A DNA stretch of 64,000 bases, from the IMG/VR virus record IMGVR_UViG_2923073944_000003, positions 1 through 64,000 of that record. The stretch is one strand, 5' to 3'. Source of the DNA: an uncultured virus (IMG/VR IMGVR_UViG_2923073944_000003). Taxonomy: Duplodnaviria; Heunggongvirae; Uroviricota; Caudoviricetes. This document shows positions 50,175 to 60,532 of this stretch, one piece after another (position 1 is the stretch's first letter; each line of letters opens with the position of its first letter). Below the pieces are notes generated by a model. That model ran no database searches and was not told the origin of the DNA. It saw nothing but the letters and a program-made list of their open reading frames with translations. Position numbers and translations under genes: made by a program.

Positions 50175-52373
50175 TCATCTTGTTTCCTGGGCCACAGTTT
50201 CTTTTTCAAAATCGTTTCTCAATTTGATAATGGAGGTTGATTTTAAATACCCTCTGTCCTTTGTCTTAGCCCATGCGAAAAATCTATTGTGTAAAGGAGT
50301 ATAAAGGCTTCCTGTGTTAACCATATGCTCATGTTTGTTGCTGATCTTATGCTTTAATCCCCTCATTTGTTTCCAAAAGTTATAGTAAGGGAGCTTAAGT
50401 TTTGTCATGAAGCCGGCAGCATCTTCAATTACATAACCCTCTTCCTCAATTGAAAAATCTTGTGACACGTCCAGATACCATCTATAGAAATCTGTCCAGT
50501 TACTAAACTCTGCAACTTGTTTTTTACACTCAATGTTTAGATGCTCGGCTACAGCTTTCAATTCCCAATAAGGAAGTTTTGTATACACAACCTGCCTTTT
50601 AACAATATCTAAAAGCACCAGTTTATCTTTGTCGTATTCAATGATATGCGGGTCTTTTTCTGGAAGTATTACTTCAAAAACGAATGAAACATTGTTAAGC
50701 TTCAGGTAAGTTTTGATAAAAGACACTTGATTTTCATTAAAAGATTTGAAAAACAGTTCTTCGACCCATTTCGCATGTTCATTTGATATTTGTGACGTAA
50801 AGGATTTAGAAGTGAATACCAACTGATCTGACAAAGAGTCATACCCTACAATTCCTAAATATCCATTTGCCTTATCGAAGACTGTTACTGGAAATTTCAT
50901 CGTATCTACGAGATGATGCATTCTTGTTTCAGATCGTTCTCCAATGTTGAAAAATTTATCATAGCTTCTGCTTACAATTTCATTGCTCTCAGTGTTAATA
51001 AACAAACCTCTTGCCTTAATATTTGTTTCATCCCACTTTTTCTTTCTAAATGCTTGCTTTGTAAAATTAAATGATGAGATATTGTTTGGCATTTTATTCT
51101 CTTGCACATATTCATGACCACGTAAGTGGGAAATCAATTCATCAATTGTTCCAACAGTTGCGCTGTTACTCGGTACTTCACTTGAAATTTGTTTAAAGAC
51201 TTTATTCTTCACTTCATGCGTTTCAATTCCGTTCTCAGACAGTGTAACGACTCTAAGATGTCCTCCTCTTTCCACTTGCCCTTCCAGGTTATATGATCTA
51301 TCTGCTGCTACCACAGGCAGACGGTACATGTTTCTATGTCCATGAATCTGTACAACATTTTGACCTGCAGTATTATTTGCAAATTCATAATCAATATCGT
51401 CTGAATAATCTCCAACTCCATTGATGAATTGTGTTGTTGCAGTCATCAAAAGATTTTCTGGTACGGTTGAAACTCCGCCATGGGTTACAATGTATGTAGT
51501 GTTTTTATATGTAAAGTAAGCTAACTGATGAAACTTTCTGGCCAGCTGTCTAATATCTTTTTTATCAATGTTGGATTGTTCAATTTCTGGCTTAGTTTTG
51601 TTGTTAAATGTGCTGCTAGGTGTTTCTTCATCATTCCCATACATATTGATATATCTATCATGATTCCCTTCGAGAATAATCACATTTTTATAATCTTTAA
51701 TTTTGATCATGAATTCTAACAGCTGTGCATTTTCAATACCTCTGTCGATAAGATCTCCTACAAAGATGTATAGTTCATTTTCATTCAAATCACCGTTTAA
51801 ATACTCTTGAAGCACAGTATTGCAGCCATGAACATCTCCGAAAATATGTATCTTTTTATAATCGTCAAAACATCTTGGCTTATAAGTCATCGTGTTTTCG
51901 AACTCATCTGGTTTTAGAACAGTTACCCAAGATGGCACTTTTTCTGTTGTCATTCTTTCATAAATATTTAGAATACTGCTTTCAGGAACATGCTTATGTT
52001 CGGCCCTCATTTTATTTCTTTTTAAGATTCTCCGAACATCAACATCAGAAAAATCAATTACATATACACGGTATCTGTATTTTTGAGCTAGTGGCTTATA
52101 TCTTGAAATCATACTTTGCTTTGAATGAGTTGCATCGACAATTGTGAATTCACCGCGATCCATCCTGTCTTCAAGCAATTTCATTAATAAATCCCACACC
52201 TTGTTATCGTGTTTTGGAGAGATTTCATATTTCCCACTTTTGTTTAACACAGGTGACTGAAACAGCAATCTAATGTTGTCCGCAGAAAGTGTGTATTGCT
52301 CAAGTCCATTTTCTTTAACCCAAGTTGATTTCCCTACTCCTGGGCAGCCTCTTAATAGCACTAATGTTCTCAA
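50175..52373 (-). CDS. Polynucleotide kinase / metallophosphatase / Rnl1-type RNA ligase fusion
   Basis: GCPGVGKS; GDVHG, GDLIDRG, GNHD; RGLF...YDKFFN, KANG, EGYV, KLK. Confidence 0.85.
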   Translation of the reverse strand: MRTLVLLRGCPGVGKSTWVKENGLEQYTLSADNIRLLFQSPVLNKSGKYEISPKHDNKVWDLLMKLLEDRMDRGEFTIVDATHSKQSMISRYKPLAQKYRYRVYVIDFSDVDVRRILKRNKMRAEHKHVPESSILNIYERMTTEKVPSWVTVLKPDEFENTMTYKPRCFDDYKKIHIFGDVHGCNTVLQEYLNGDLNENELYIFVGDLIDRGIENAQLLEFMIKIKDYKNVIILEGNHDRYINMYGNDEETPSSTFNNKTKPEIEQSNIDKKDIRQLARKFHQLAYFTYKNTTYIVTHGGVSTVPENLLMTATTQFINGVGDYSDDIDYEFANNTAGQNVVQIHGHRNMYRLPVVAADRSYNLEGQVERGGHLRVVTLSENGIETHEVKNKVFKQISSEVPSNSATVGTIDELISHLRGHEYVQENKMPNNISSFNFTKQAFRKKKWDETNIKARGLFINTESNEIVSRSYDKFFNIGERSETRMHHLVDTMKFPVTVFDKANGYLGIVGYDSLSDQLVFTSKSFTSQISNEHAKWVEELFFKSFNENQVSFIKTYLKLNNVSFVFEVILPEKDPHIIEYDKDKLVLLDIVKRQVVYTKLPYWELKAVAEHLNIECKKQVAEFSNWTDFYRWYLDVSQDFSIEEEGYVIEDAAGFMTKLKLPYYNFWKQMRGLKHKISNKHEHMVNTGSLYTPLHNRFFAWAKTKDRGYLKSTSIIKLRNDFEKETVAQETR

Positions 52374-52394
52374 ATTCTATCAACCTTTCTAATT

Positions 52395-52646
52395 TTATTT
52401 ATCTAATTCCCTCATGTCTTCTCGCTGCTCAATATAACTTTTAAAATGCTCCCAATCTCTATCAATTTCTTTAACATTTCTAGCAATATAGGATTCTGCA
52501 ATTTCTGGATCCACCAACTTTTGAAGAGAAAGTTGGTACATAAGCTCAATCTTTGTTACTGTTTCTAAAAATGATCGAGCGCAACTTTTAGCACTATTTA
52601 AGCGATATTGACTCATTCCATGTTTTGATTCCATTATTATTCTCAC
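52395..52646 (-). CDS. Hypothetical protein
   Basis: ORF with RBS. Confidence 0.6.
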   Translation of the reverse strand: MRIIMESKHGMSQYRLNSAKSCARSFLETVTKIELMYQLSLQKLVDPEIAESYIARNVKEIDRDWEHFKSYIEQREDMRELDK

Positions 52647-52705
52647 TCCCTTTTAATCACGTTAAAATGCATCTTTTATATTGATCTCAATACTTCTCGG
52701 CAAGC

Positions 52706-52903
52706 TTACCAGCCTTGTTCATAGTAAACATCATCATATATAACCTTTGATTCATCGGCCATTTCTTTCTCATCTTGGTATTCATCCATATTCTTAGTGA
52801 TAAATTCGCTTGCTTCTCTAATTGTATTACCGGTGAATCTTTCACTTATAAATTGCTCCATGTTTCGAATTAATCTCAATTGTTTCTCTGTTGCTCTAAT
52901 CAC
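52706..52903 (-). CDS. Hypothetical protein
   Basis: ATEKQL motif ORF. Confidence 0.6.
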   Translation of the reverse strand: MIRATEKQLRLIRNMEQFISERFTGNTIREASEFITKNMDEYQDEKEMADESKVIYDDVYYEQGW

Positions 52904-53277
52904 TCCGCGCCCTCCACTAACTCAGGATTTTGATATACGTTGCCGCCGATGTCGCGTTCTCCCCAAACTATCCAAGCGTCAATATGGTAATCGCAATCGC
53001 TGGGAAATCTAAGACCGAAATTACCCCCAGCTCGAGCAACGATCATCGGTTCGTTATTCACCATGTCGATGTCGTACTCATAAATCATCTTTTCGTTTCT
53101 ATCTTTCAACCCTATGCCCCACATGAGAACGGATTTTCCGTCGTAACTTTCCGCAACGATAATCCTGCAACCATCACGCCATAAAATCCATTTATCTCCT
53201 TTGATTTCAAGACTCAACCCTTCATCATCCCAATGATGCATTTGCTCGCCGTCCCACACTCTGTATGCTGTGTTCAT
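52900..53277 (-). CDS. YopX family protein
   Basis: YRVWD...GLKDRN...GNVYQNPEL. Confidence 0.8.
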   Translation of the reverse strand: MNTAYRVWDGEQMHHWDDEGLSLEIKGDKWILWRDGCRIIVAESYDGKSVLMWGIGLKDRNEKMIYEYDIDMVNNEPMIVARAGGNFGLRFPSDCDYHIDAWIVWGERDIGGNVYQNPELVEGAE

Positions 53278-53948
53278 CAATATCCCTCCTGCTGCCGCTG
53301 ATGATTGACGGCGTTTTTGTCCATGTAAGCCGCTTCGATTTGCTCCCATTTAAATCCGAGCCGCTCACCGAGAATGAAGAAGCTTACACAAAGGTCGAGA
53401 AACTGCGCTTCTTTTCCATTCATCACCTGTAAACGGTAAGCAGTAGACATCAAAGAAGAAAAAAGCCGCTCAGTGTTAAAACCAATGGTAGAACTCAAGT
53501 AACTTAAATGGATGGAGGATATTGTCTTTTTGCTATTTAAGCCCAACTTGTTCCCAATGCTCAAGATAAAATGCAGGCAGTCCACGTATTCCTCAAGTAG
53601 TGGATTCGATTCACCTATCTTTCCTGAGCCGTTGCAGTCTTGGCATTCGGAATATGGTTCAGTTGCATGTCCTTCTTCGAGATATTGCAAATTAATATCG
53701 TGGTTTTCATCGCCAGTGCCATCACACGTCGGACAAAAATGCTCTATTTTCGTCCGCGGCTCCCGGTCATTGCTCCAATGCTTAAAGCCGCGCCATTCAT
53801 TCGCACACTCGGCAAGCTCCACCTGTAGAGCAAGAATGAGGTTTGGGAGCAAGTCCTGCCCCTCAAGCCCCTTTTCTTTGATGATCCGATCATCAAGCAC
53901 CTTTTGAATTTCAAACATTTTTTGTAGATTCATTGCCCGCTCTCCCAT
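53277..53948 (-). CDS. Dimeric dUTPase with inserted CxxCxGxG zinc finger
   Basis: QVELAECANE, FKHWS, EEYVDCLHF, KNAVNHQRQ. Confidence 0.88.
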   Translation of the reverse strand: MGERAMNLQKMFEIQKVLDDRIIKEKGLEGQDLLPNLILALQVELAECANEWRGFKHWSNDREPRTKIEHFCPTCDGTGDENHDINLQYLEEGHATEPYSECQDCNGSGKIGESNPLLEEYVDCLHFILSIGNKLGLNSKKTISSIHLSYLSSTIGFNTERLFSSLMSTAYRLQVMNGKEAQFLDLCVSFFILGERLGFKWEQIEAAYMDKNAVNHQRQQEGY

Positions 53949-54145
53949 CCGATCTTTTTCTTATACTCTGCTGCTGTACCTTTTACAACGAATGTACTAC
54001 CATTTTTGAAGGATACTTTGCTCCCGTCTTCTGTGTCAGTAATGCTTTCGATATCGTCATAATTAAAACGGTAAAACGGTATTAACTCTCCATCCGTCTT
54101 GCGTTTACGGTAGACCACAAATTCCTTAAATTTTGATTCACTCAC
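53930..54145 (-). CDS. Hypothetical protein
   Basis: ORF with RBS. Confidence 0.6.
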   Translation of the reverse strand: MSESKFKEFVVYRKRKTDGELIPFYRFNYDDIESITDTEDGSKVSFKNGSTFVVKGTAAEYKKKIGWESGQ

Positions 54146-54146
54146 T

Positions 54147-54413
54147 CTATAACCTCCTTTCGGCAGATAGTTTCTCTTTGCCTGCTGCTGTTACCCTGAA
54201 ATAAGCCATATCCTCTTCCCACCCAGCGTGTTTGGTGGCGAGTCCTTTCGAAACAAGTTCATTCCAATGAATATCGTTCGATTCCTCGTAGAATCTATTT
54301 CCGTTTTTCAAGGCATGTTTCATGTAATCAATTTGAATTTCATTCATTACTTTTCCCTCCTTATTTGAATCTCTATAAAACTTACATTTTATTTTTATCC
54401 TCAAAATATTCAT
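54147..54413 (-). CDS. Hypothetical protein (likely start at MNEIQ)
   Basis: RBS GGAGG before internal ATG. Confidence 0.55.
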   Translation of the reverse strand: MNILRIKIKCKFYRDSNKEGKVMNEIQIDYMKHALKNGNRFYEESNDIHWNELVSKGLATKHAGWEEDMAYFRVTAAGKEKLSAERRL

Positions 54414-54606
54414 GCTGGTTTACCACATCACGAAGTATGTATTGTATTTCCTCTAAATTGTCTTTAACAAAGTCCAGGTCTCCTATTGCCATTCTGATTT
54501 CATTGTTCTCTATGCTGCGCAAAGATCTTTCACATGATACTAAGAGCTTTGCATATTTCCTTAAAACCATAGTTCTTATTTGATCGTTAATTGGTTCATT
54601 AATCAA
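54382..54606 (-). CDS. Hypothetical protein
   Basis: ORF after SPBRE promoter. Confidence 0.6.
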   Translation of the reverse strand: MINEPINDQIRTMVLRKYAKLLVSCERSLRSIENNEIRMAIGDLDFVKDNLEEIQYILRDVVNQHEYFEDKNKM

Positions 54607-54641
54607 TAATTAAAGCTATCTCCTTTCCTTATTCTAATTCG

Positions 54642-54692
54642 ATTATATAACCTCAACCAAATGTTGTAAACAATTATTTTATTTTTACTCTA
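54642..54692 (-). promoter_or_regulatory. SPbeta repeated element with sigA promoter
   Basis: AGAGTAAAAATAAAATAATTG-TTTACA-17 nt-TATAAT. Confidence 0.75.
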
Positions 54693-54714
54693 AATAATTT
54701 CAAAAAAATCAGCT

Positions 54715-54960
54715 TTACTCATACTGTAAAGCTGCTGTCTTCATAAACGTCTTCATGCCGTCCAGTTTCCAAAGAGTTTCATTTATTTTGTCTCTAAATT
54801 CTAAAACTGAAGCATGATCCATTCTAATCCTCAAACAATCCCCATTGTTTTTAAAAATAATGTCTATGTAGTACTCTCCACTTTGGATGTTCTTAGAACC
54901 AACACTCATGGAAACTGATCTCATAATGTCTTTCAAGTCAATTTCAAGATTAAAATCCAT
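54715..54960 (-). CDS. Hypothetical protein
   Basis: ORF with RBS. Confidence 0.6.
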   Translation of the reverse strand: MDFNLEIDLKDIMRSVSMSVGSKNIQSGEYYIDIIFKNNGDCLRIRMDHASVLEFRDKINETLWKLDGMKTFMKTAALQYE

Positions 54961-55034
54961 TGTATGCTCCAGTCTGACTAAAAAGTCACCAATTTTTTAT
55001 GTCTCATGATGACTGACAAGATGTGTATGTATTT

Positions 55035-55334
55035 TTACTTCGATGATAACAATTGTGAAGATTTATAATCCTCATTTTCAAACGAATCGTCTATTTCTTC
55101 GGCATAAGAGGTTGTTAATTCAGCATCCTCTGTACACATGATATCTACATCAAATAGTGCCTCATATTTTTCATGATCTTTTTGAAGAAACCCCATTTTT
55201 CCTGTTTTATTTCTCAATTTCTTTTTAATTGATTGATATGCGAACAAAAGTGCTTCCTCTTCATTCTTGGCTTTTATTCTGCCGAAAAAAGGTATGCACA
55301 GCTCCCCTTGAATGAAATAATCCTTTTCTGACAT
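55035..55334 (-). CDS. Hypothetical protein
   Basis: ORF with RBS. Confidence 0.6.
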   Translation of the reverse strand: MSEKDYFIQGELCIPFFGRIKAKNEEEALLFAYQSIKKKLRNKTGKMGFLQKDHEKYEALFDVDIMCTEDAELTTSYAEEIDDSFENEDYKSSQLLSSK

Positions 55335-55363
55335 ACGTTTCCCTCTCTCTGGTAGTAATTAAC

Positions 55364-55377
55364 CGAACCTACGTTCC
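55364..55377. promoter_or_regulatory. Putative LexA (DinR) box
   Basis: CGAACCTACGTTCC just downstream of a TTGCCA-17-TATAAT minus-strand promoter. Confidence 0.55.
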
Positions 55378-55499
55378 CTTTTTTGTTGACTTAATTATAA
55401 CCTTTTACCTAGTTAGTGGCAAATCTTTTTTCTTTCATTTAAAAACTTGGAAAGAATTGATATAGTATGATAAGCAATACTATATCAGGAGGTTGTCCG

Positions 55500-55721
55500 A
55501 TGCTTGAGGTTGAAATCGGACAATGTTTGATATCCATTCTCCTTGAACGTAGAGGAATGTCCCTAGGGCAGCTTTCGAACCTAACAGGCATCAGTAAGCA
55601 AAGGTTAAGTGATTACGCTAATGGCGTTAGACCTTCTATGAATATAAAAACAGCGAGAATCATTGCTATTGCCCTAAACTGTTCGATTGAAGACCTCTAT
55701 GAATGGAAAATCAAACATTGA
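55500..55721 (+). CDS. yopS: XRE-family HTH regulator
   Basis: HTH; synteny. Confidence 0.85.
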   Translation: MLEVEIGQCLISILLERRGMSLGQLSNLTGISKQRLSDYANGVRPSMNIKTARIIAIALNCSIEDLYEWKIKH

Positions 55722-55941
55722 CTTAATCGCTAGGGAGTTTGACCTAGCGAACCTCCTTGTACCCTTTTTAGTGTATAGAACTATTTTACTGCATATGTAC
55801 AAATTTGTCTCTGTCTAACTTTGTCGAATTCTGAAAAATATGAACAAAATCCTGATATTTTTTTAAAAATACCACGAGTTAACTCACATTTGTTTTATTT
55901 TTACTCTGAAAGTTATGTAAAGTTAATCCCTGTAACAGGGA

Positions 55942-56925
55942 TTAAGAATTAGTCTCAATTACTTCAGACTTGATACAATATTTTTCTAAGTTCTCCATAT
56001 TCACTACTTTCCTCAGTGTTTGTGAATTAAACTCCGCGTCTTCATTCAAGAACCCATATTGTCGAGTTATTTGTTTATAATCAGGTACTTTTAATTCACC
56101 CTTCTCTTTATATATCGCATACGCCATGTTGAGCTTTCCTGAATTGATAAGATTTTTAGGTGTAAAGAAGGGTTCTTCTAAAAATTTTTGAAACTGACTA
56201 AAAGAACGATGAACTAAAAATTTGTCAGCTTTCATACTCTGATTAGAGCTCTTATATTTTAGCCTAAAAATATTTTCGCTTTTAACTAATGTGGCAAATT
56301 TGTTTTTAAGGCTACTATCTGGCGAACCATTGCTAAGATGATATGTTCTTTGGTCATTAGCACGCTTAAGTAACTCATAACATTTATCGCTTACAGTAAT
56401 TATTCTTACACCATGTTTATCATCTACTAGCTTTACCTTGTTATCATCGAGTAAATCGTCACCTGTTAAATTCAATAACTCTGAATGCTGATAACCATCT
56501 ATACCTTCATAAATAGCCTGTATCATGGCCTTATCCTGATAATTAATCATAAAATCAACATACTCTTCTACTTCTTTATTGGTGAATAGTGTTTTTTTGT
56601 TTTTATCTATAAACTGCTTTAAGTCACCATCCTGTATCTGATACACTTTGTTGATGTTACTGTTTGCCAAGCCATTTTCCATTGCCCAGGTTGTGTATTG
56701 TCCAATTACAGCTCGTGCTCCTCTTAATGAGTCTATAGATTTGCTATCCAAATCGAAAAATAACGTACGCAGCTCTTCCAAAGAAAAATTAAATATGTCT
56801 TTTTGAAGTATTTTTTCTGTAGCTGAGAAATCCCTTAGCCTTAGCCAATAATGGTTTCTTGTTGCTTCACTTTCGTATTTCTCTAAAAACTTTTCCTTCA
56901 ATTCAGCATTATATATTTCACTCAT
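55942..56925 (-). CDS. yopR: Master repressor MrpR (recombinase fold, SroF)
   Basis: Integrase-like fold lacking canonical HxxR; last gene of sro operon. Confidence 0.85.
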   Translation of the reverse strand: MSEIYNAELKEKFLEKYESEATRNHYWLRLRDFSATEKILQKDIFNFSLEELRTLFFDLDSKSIDSLRGARAVIGQYTTWAMENGLANSNINKVYQIQDGDLKQFIDKNKKTLFTNKEVEEYVDFMINYQDKAMIQAIYEGIDGYQHSELLNLTGDDLLDDNKVKLVDDKHGVRIITVSDKCYELLKRANDQRTYHLSNGSPDSSLKNKFATLVKSENIFRLKYKSSNQSMKADKFLVHRSFSQFQKFLEEPFFTPKNLINSGKLNMAYAIYKEKGELKVPDYKQITRQYGFLNEDAEFNSQTLRKVVNMENLEKYCIKSEVIETNS

Positions 56926-56945
56926 ATTAAATTCTCCTTTAGGCT

Positions 56946-58295
56946 TTAAACAACAGCAATTTCATCATAAAACATTCGCTTAAGTTTCTTCTTCATAATA
57001 TTCTTTAGTTGATTCTCATTATTTTGTCTTCCTAATTCTTCAAACACTCTTCCGCTTTTACTAAAGTCAATCGTATTAAGGATATTTTCAAGCTTGTTTA
57101 GTTCTACATTGTTTTCCTTCATCTTCTTGGCCAAATAAACATAACCGTAAAACATTACGTTATGATTAATGTATGATTGCTTTCTAATGGACGATAAATC
57201 ATCTTCAAGAAATTCGTCTGGGAAGGCATAAAAAAGGTTATCAAAAAAGTCTACCAAGTATTTCGCAATTTTCAACGCATCTTTTCGAGATTTCAGCTCA
57301 AATGCATCGTCTATAGCTTCTGATAAAGTATAATATGTTACAAGGAAATTGCTATCGATACCAATTTCACTTTGTGGGCTTATTTTATTTTTAAGTTCAC
57401 TTTTAAATTTCAGCTGCTCGACAACGGTTGAAGAATACCGTTTTTGTCCCAATTCTTCAATTCTGGATTTTTCAACTGGGTTTATGGTATTCATTTGAGC
57501 AAAGTGAACCTTAGCCTTTTCTTCATCGTAATTGAGCACATTTAAAATGAATGGTTGATCTAATTCAGGGACTTCAGCAATGGCCTTAACAATACCTGAA
57601 ATTCGATGATATCCATCAAGAGCATCTAATAAGGTTCCTCGTGTTACAGTGAGGGTTTGGTCGCTTGGATCATATTCAACTTCTTCATCACCATCAGATG
57701 TTCCAAGACGAGCGTTAAAAGTTAACATTGATACAATTAAATCGCCTTTAATAAACAATTCTTTGATCTCATCAACTGATTTAGGGTTTGTTTTAGGTAC
57801 AGGGATAAGGCTGCCCTTAATGTATTTTCCTTCACGCTGAGTATTGTAATTGTACTGCAGGATGGAGCTATTATATAACTCGCTAAGTTCCTTGGCAGTA
57901 ATGGAAGTGACATAGTTATCCTCTTTAATTTTAATCACATTTTTGAACTTGTATGGTAGCTTAACTACTTCTTCACCGGCGAATACTCTCCCACCTTCAA
58001 GCTCTTTTGCCAATCTGGTTGGAAAATAATTTGAGGGATCTAAAGCTGGAGCCCCAAGAATTGAATACATCTCTTTTGAAACAATGTACACTTCTTTTTC
58101 GTTTAAACGCTGTACGTTGTTATCATTATTATTTAAAATTTCTTGGATATAACCAGGGAGTGCCTTGTATTTGTCCGCCATTGTGGCTTTTAATTCCTTC
58201 ACCATATTGGAATCACTTTTAATATCAATAAGATTTTTCTCTATTTCAGTTTTTAACTTATAAAGTTTATCCGTTGTTAACAAAACTTCAGACAC
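56946..58295 (-). CDS. yopQ: DndB/ParB-like (DGYHR) protein, SroE
   Basis: LDGYHR; synteny. Confidence 0.8.
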   Translation of the reverse strand: MSEVLLTTDKLYKLKTEIEKNLIDIKSDSNMVKELKATMADKYKALPGYIQEILNNNDNNVQRLNEKEVYIVSKEMYSILGAPALDPSNYFPTRLAKELEGGRVFAGEEVVKLPYKFKNVIKIKEDNYVTSITAKELSELYNSSILQYNYNTQREGKYIKGSLIPVPKTNPKSVDEIKELFIKGDLIVSMLTFNARLGTSDGDEEVEYDPSDQTLTVTRGTLLDALDGYHRISGIVKAIAEVPELDQPFILNVLNYDEEKAKVHFAQMNTINPVEKSRIEELGQKRYSSTVVEQLKFKSELKNKISPQSEIGIDSNFLVTYYTLSEAIDDAFELKSRKDALKIAKYLVDFFDNLFYAFPDEFLEDDLSSIRKQSYINHNVMFYGYVYLAKKMKENNVELNKLENILNTIDFSKSGRVFEELGRQNNENQLKNIMKKKLKRMFYDEIAVV

Positions 58296-58371
58296 ATTAT
58301 CACCTCACATAATCATATTAAATTTATCATTATTTTCATAAGCAAGTAAAGCTTTTATGTGATTATTTATA

Positions 58372-59430
58372 TCACTTGTTCAAAAACATTTTAAGTTTAC
58401 TCTGTATATACATGTCTGATTTTAAAAAGAATTCTTTATATTGCTCTAAGGTAACATCTTCTAAAAAGGACATGTCTTCTTTTTGATCAACCAAAACCCC
58501 TGGATCTTGAGAATAATCCCTTTCATTGACTAAATAATGGTCATTTAAAGTATTGATATTGCTGTGACCAGAGAATGCTGCCACTTTTTTAATATCACTA
58601 TTAACGCTGTAAGAAAAGTTTGTTGCAGTATTGCGTAAACTATGCGGAGTTATCTTTCTTTCTTTGGGAATACCCATAACTCTACATACGCGATTCCACA
58701 TATCCTGTATTGAATCAACTGTTAACTTATGAAATAACAGTTCATGTTCCCCATACTCTTGCTTTAACAGCAACAACTCTTCATAGAAAGCTGTGGAAAT
58801 TCCAACTGGCCTAGCCTTTTTTTGCTTAGTTTTTTTAAAGTTGACGAGATAGCATTGGTGCTTTTCTGAATAAGTAATATCATCCCACCCAACTCTAAGC
58901 ACCTCTGATTTACGCCCACCAGTACGTGCACTAAACAAAATAAACATCTTTTTCATTAATCTGTTCTGACGCTCAGTAACATACGCTGCCTCAGCAAATT
59001 CATCAGCTTCAGATATTCCTTCAAAAGACCCTGCTGGGTTCTTTTCTGTTGGAAGAGGTCTAAAATTAAATACAGATGAATCACACTCATGTTCAGATTC
59101 AAGATACTTAATCATACTTTTCAGTGCGGCAATCTTATTGTTAATTGTTGAATTGGAGTTACTTTTATTTTTAGCCAAATGAGTTCGATAATCATACAGG
59201 TCGCTCTTCTTGATCGCCAGGTCACTCTCAGTTAAATATTCAATATCCTTGGCAGCATAGTGGTTGAAAAACTCTCTTATATGCCTTTCATACGTGGCTC
59301 TAGTATTAGACTTTTCAATTTCTCCAGTTTCTCGATCCCTGTTTCTTAAATCTAATTCATCAAACCACCTATTTATGTTATTGTATATTGAATAATCCCT
59401 TAGTGTTGACGCTTTCTTTTGAGCTTCCAT
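58372..59430 (-). CDS. yopP: Tyrosine recombinase-family protein, SroD
   Basis: TGGRKSE, KTK, HSLR, GHS, HY. Confidence 0.85.
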   Translation of the reverse strand: MEAQKKASTLRDYSIYNNINRWFDELDLRNRDRETGEIEKSNTRATYERHIREFFNHYAAKDIEYLTESDLAIKKSDLYDYRTHLAKNKSNSNSTINNKIAALKSMIKYLESEHECDSSVFNFRPLPTEKNPAGSFEGISEADEFAEAAYVTERQNRLMKKMFILFSARTGGRKSEVLRVGWDDITYSEKHQCYLVNFKKTKQKKARPVGISTAFYEELLLLKQEYGEHELLFHKLTVDSIQDMWNRVCRVMGIPKERKITPHSLRNTATNFSYSVNSDIKKVAAFSGHSNINTLNDHYLVNERDYSQDPGVLVDQKEDMSFLEDVTLEQYKEFFLKSDMYIQSKLKMFLNK

Positions 59431-59439
59431 AATGACACC

Positions 59440-59604
59440 TCATATCATTTTTTTCATTAAGTATTGATCAAATTCTTTCCACGCAACAATCCATTCATTC
59501 TCACCTTGAATATTACTCAGCAGCATTATATTGGCGTTACAGATTTCCATTTGCTTTAACATGTCGTATTCTTTAAGAGCGTTAATTAAGATGTCTGTAT
59601 TCAT
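59440..59604 (-). CDS. 54-aa sro operon protein (SroC position)
   Basis: Hand-translated MNTDILINALKEYDML... Confidence 0.6.
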   Translation of the reverse strand: MNTDILINALKEYDMLKQMEICNANIMLLSNIQGENEWIVAWKEFDQYLMKKMI

Positions 59605-59642
59605 TTTATCACACCTAATTTATTTTTATCCTATAATAAAAT

Positions 59643-59873
59643 TCAGTTTAGGACATTTACCCTCTCGTCCTTACAGACGTTTATAATTGGCATCCCCGTC
59701 AATTCCTCATAAAGCTCCTCTTCGAACCCAACCCATTCATCACTTGTCGCTTCTCTTCGTAGGAACTCATTATAAGCTACTGCTATCTCAGGCTGCTCTA
59801 GAAACTTTAAAACGATCATATGCTTTTTCCAAACTTTAGCCTTGTTTTCTTCTGTATAATATTTATTATTCAT
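59643..59873 (-). CDS. sro operon protein (SroB / phi3T_93-like position)
   Basis: Position; helical acidic protein. Confidence 0.6.
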   Translation of the reverse strand: MNNKYYTEENKAKVWKKHMIVLKFLEQPEIAVAYNEFLRREATSDEWVGFEEELYEELTGMPIINVCKDERVNVLN

Positions 59874-59887
59874 TTTATTTTTACTCC

Positions 59888-60100
59888 TTAAATACATTTT
59901 ATAGAATTTTTTTGTTCTTTAATGAGGTTGTATTCTTTATGATTTTTTCTCATTGTAGTTACATTATTAGGTGTAAACACATCTGGATCCTCTAGGTGGA
60001 GATTGACTCGTGTGAAGTTCTTTAGTTGTTTTATGTATTGATATTGTCTTAATGATGTAATCTTCAACTCTTCCTTTTGAGTGGCACTGGTTGTTTCCAT
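59888..60100 (-). CDS. sro operon first gene (SroA position)
   Basis: Position after SPBRE promoter. Confidence 0.6.
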   Translation of the reverse strand: METTSATQKEELKITSLRQYQYIKQLKNFTRVNLHLEDPDVFTPNNVTTMRKNHKEYNLIKEQKNSIKCI

Positions 60101-60136
60101 TGTTTCATCTCCCAACAACGTTCATCTTGTAACTTC

Positions 60137-60186
60137 ATTATATATGTTGCTAGAATAATATGCAACAATTTATTTTATTTTTATCC
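60137..60186 (-). promoter_or_regulatory. sro operon sigA promoter with repeated element
   Basis: GGATAAAAATAAAATAAATTG-TTGCAT-17 nt-TATAAT. Confidence 0.75.
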
Positions 60187-60249
60187 AAGACAAATAACAC
60201 ATCCCCTTTGTATGTGTTAAAATGTCTGCTGATTTGTCTTTAATCTTCA

Positions 60250-60405
60250 TTAGGATACCTTTGCTTTATATTTTGATCTAACCATATCTGCTTCATTTTC
60301 AAGATGATTATCTTCCTGGGAAATTTCTAAGTTAAGGTCTCCCATTTCCATGTATCCCTTAGCCATATCCTCATAAGAAAGTGATTGTCCGAAATGCTTT
60401 TTCAT
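60250..60405 (-). CDS. aimX: AimX, 51-aa MazE-mimic
   Basis: Hand-translated MKKHFGQSLSYEDMAKGYMEMGDLNLEISQEDNHLENEADMVRSKYKAKVS. Confidence 0.88.
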   Translation of the reverse strand: MKKHFGQSLSYEDMAKGYMEMGDLNLEISQEDNHLENEADMVRSKYKAKVS

Positions 60406-60417
60406 TTTAATTCCTCC

Positions 60418-60454
60418 ATGTTCTTGTTTTTTATATTATGAATTTCTGGAACAT
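60418..60454. promoter_or_regulatory. AimR operator
   Basis: Perfect ATGTTC-25 nt-GAACAT, the 6-25-6 AimR architecture. Confidence 0.85.
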
Positions 60455-60465
60455 TCTCTTAAAAT

Positions 60466-60500
60466 TAGAAAAGACGCCTGATCCACTGGATCAAACGTCT
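60466..60500 (-). terminator. Terminator between aimP and aimX
   Basis: AGACG..TGATCC-ACT-GGATCA..CGTCT with T run on minus strand. Confidence 0.8.
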
Positions 60501-60532
60501 AACCATTGATTATGTAGTATCCTGTTGTATTA

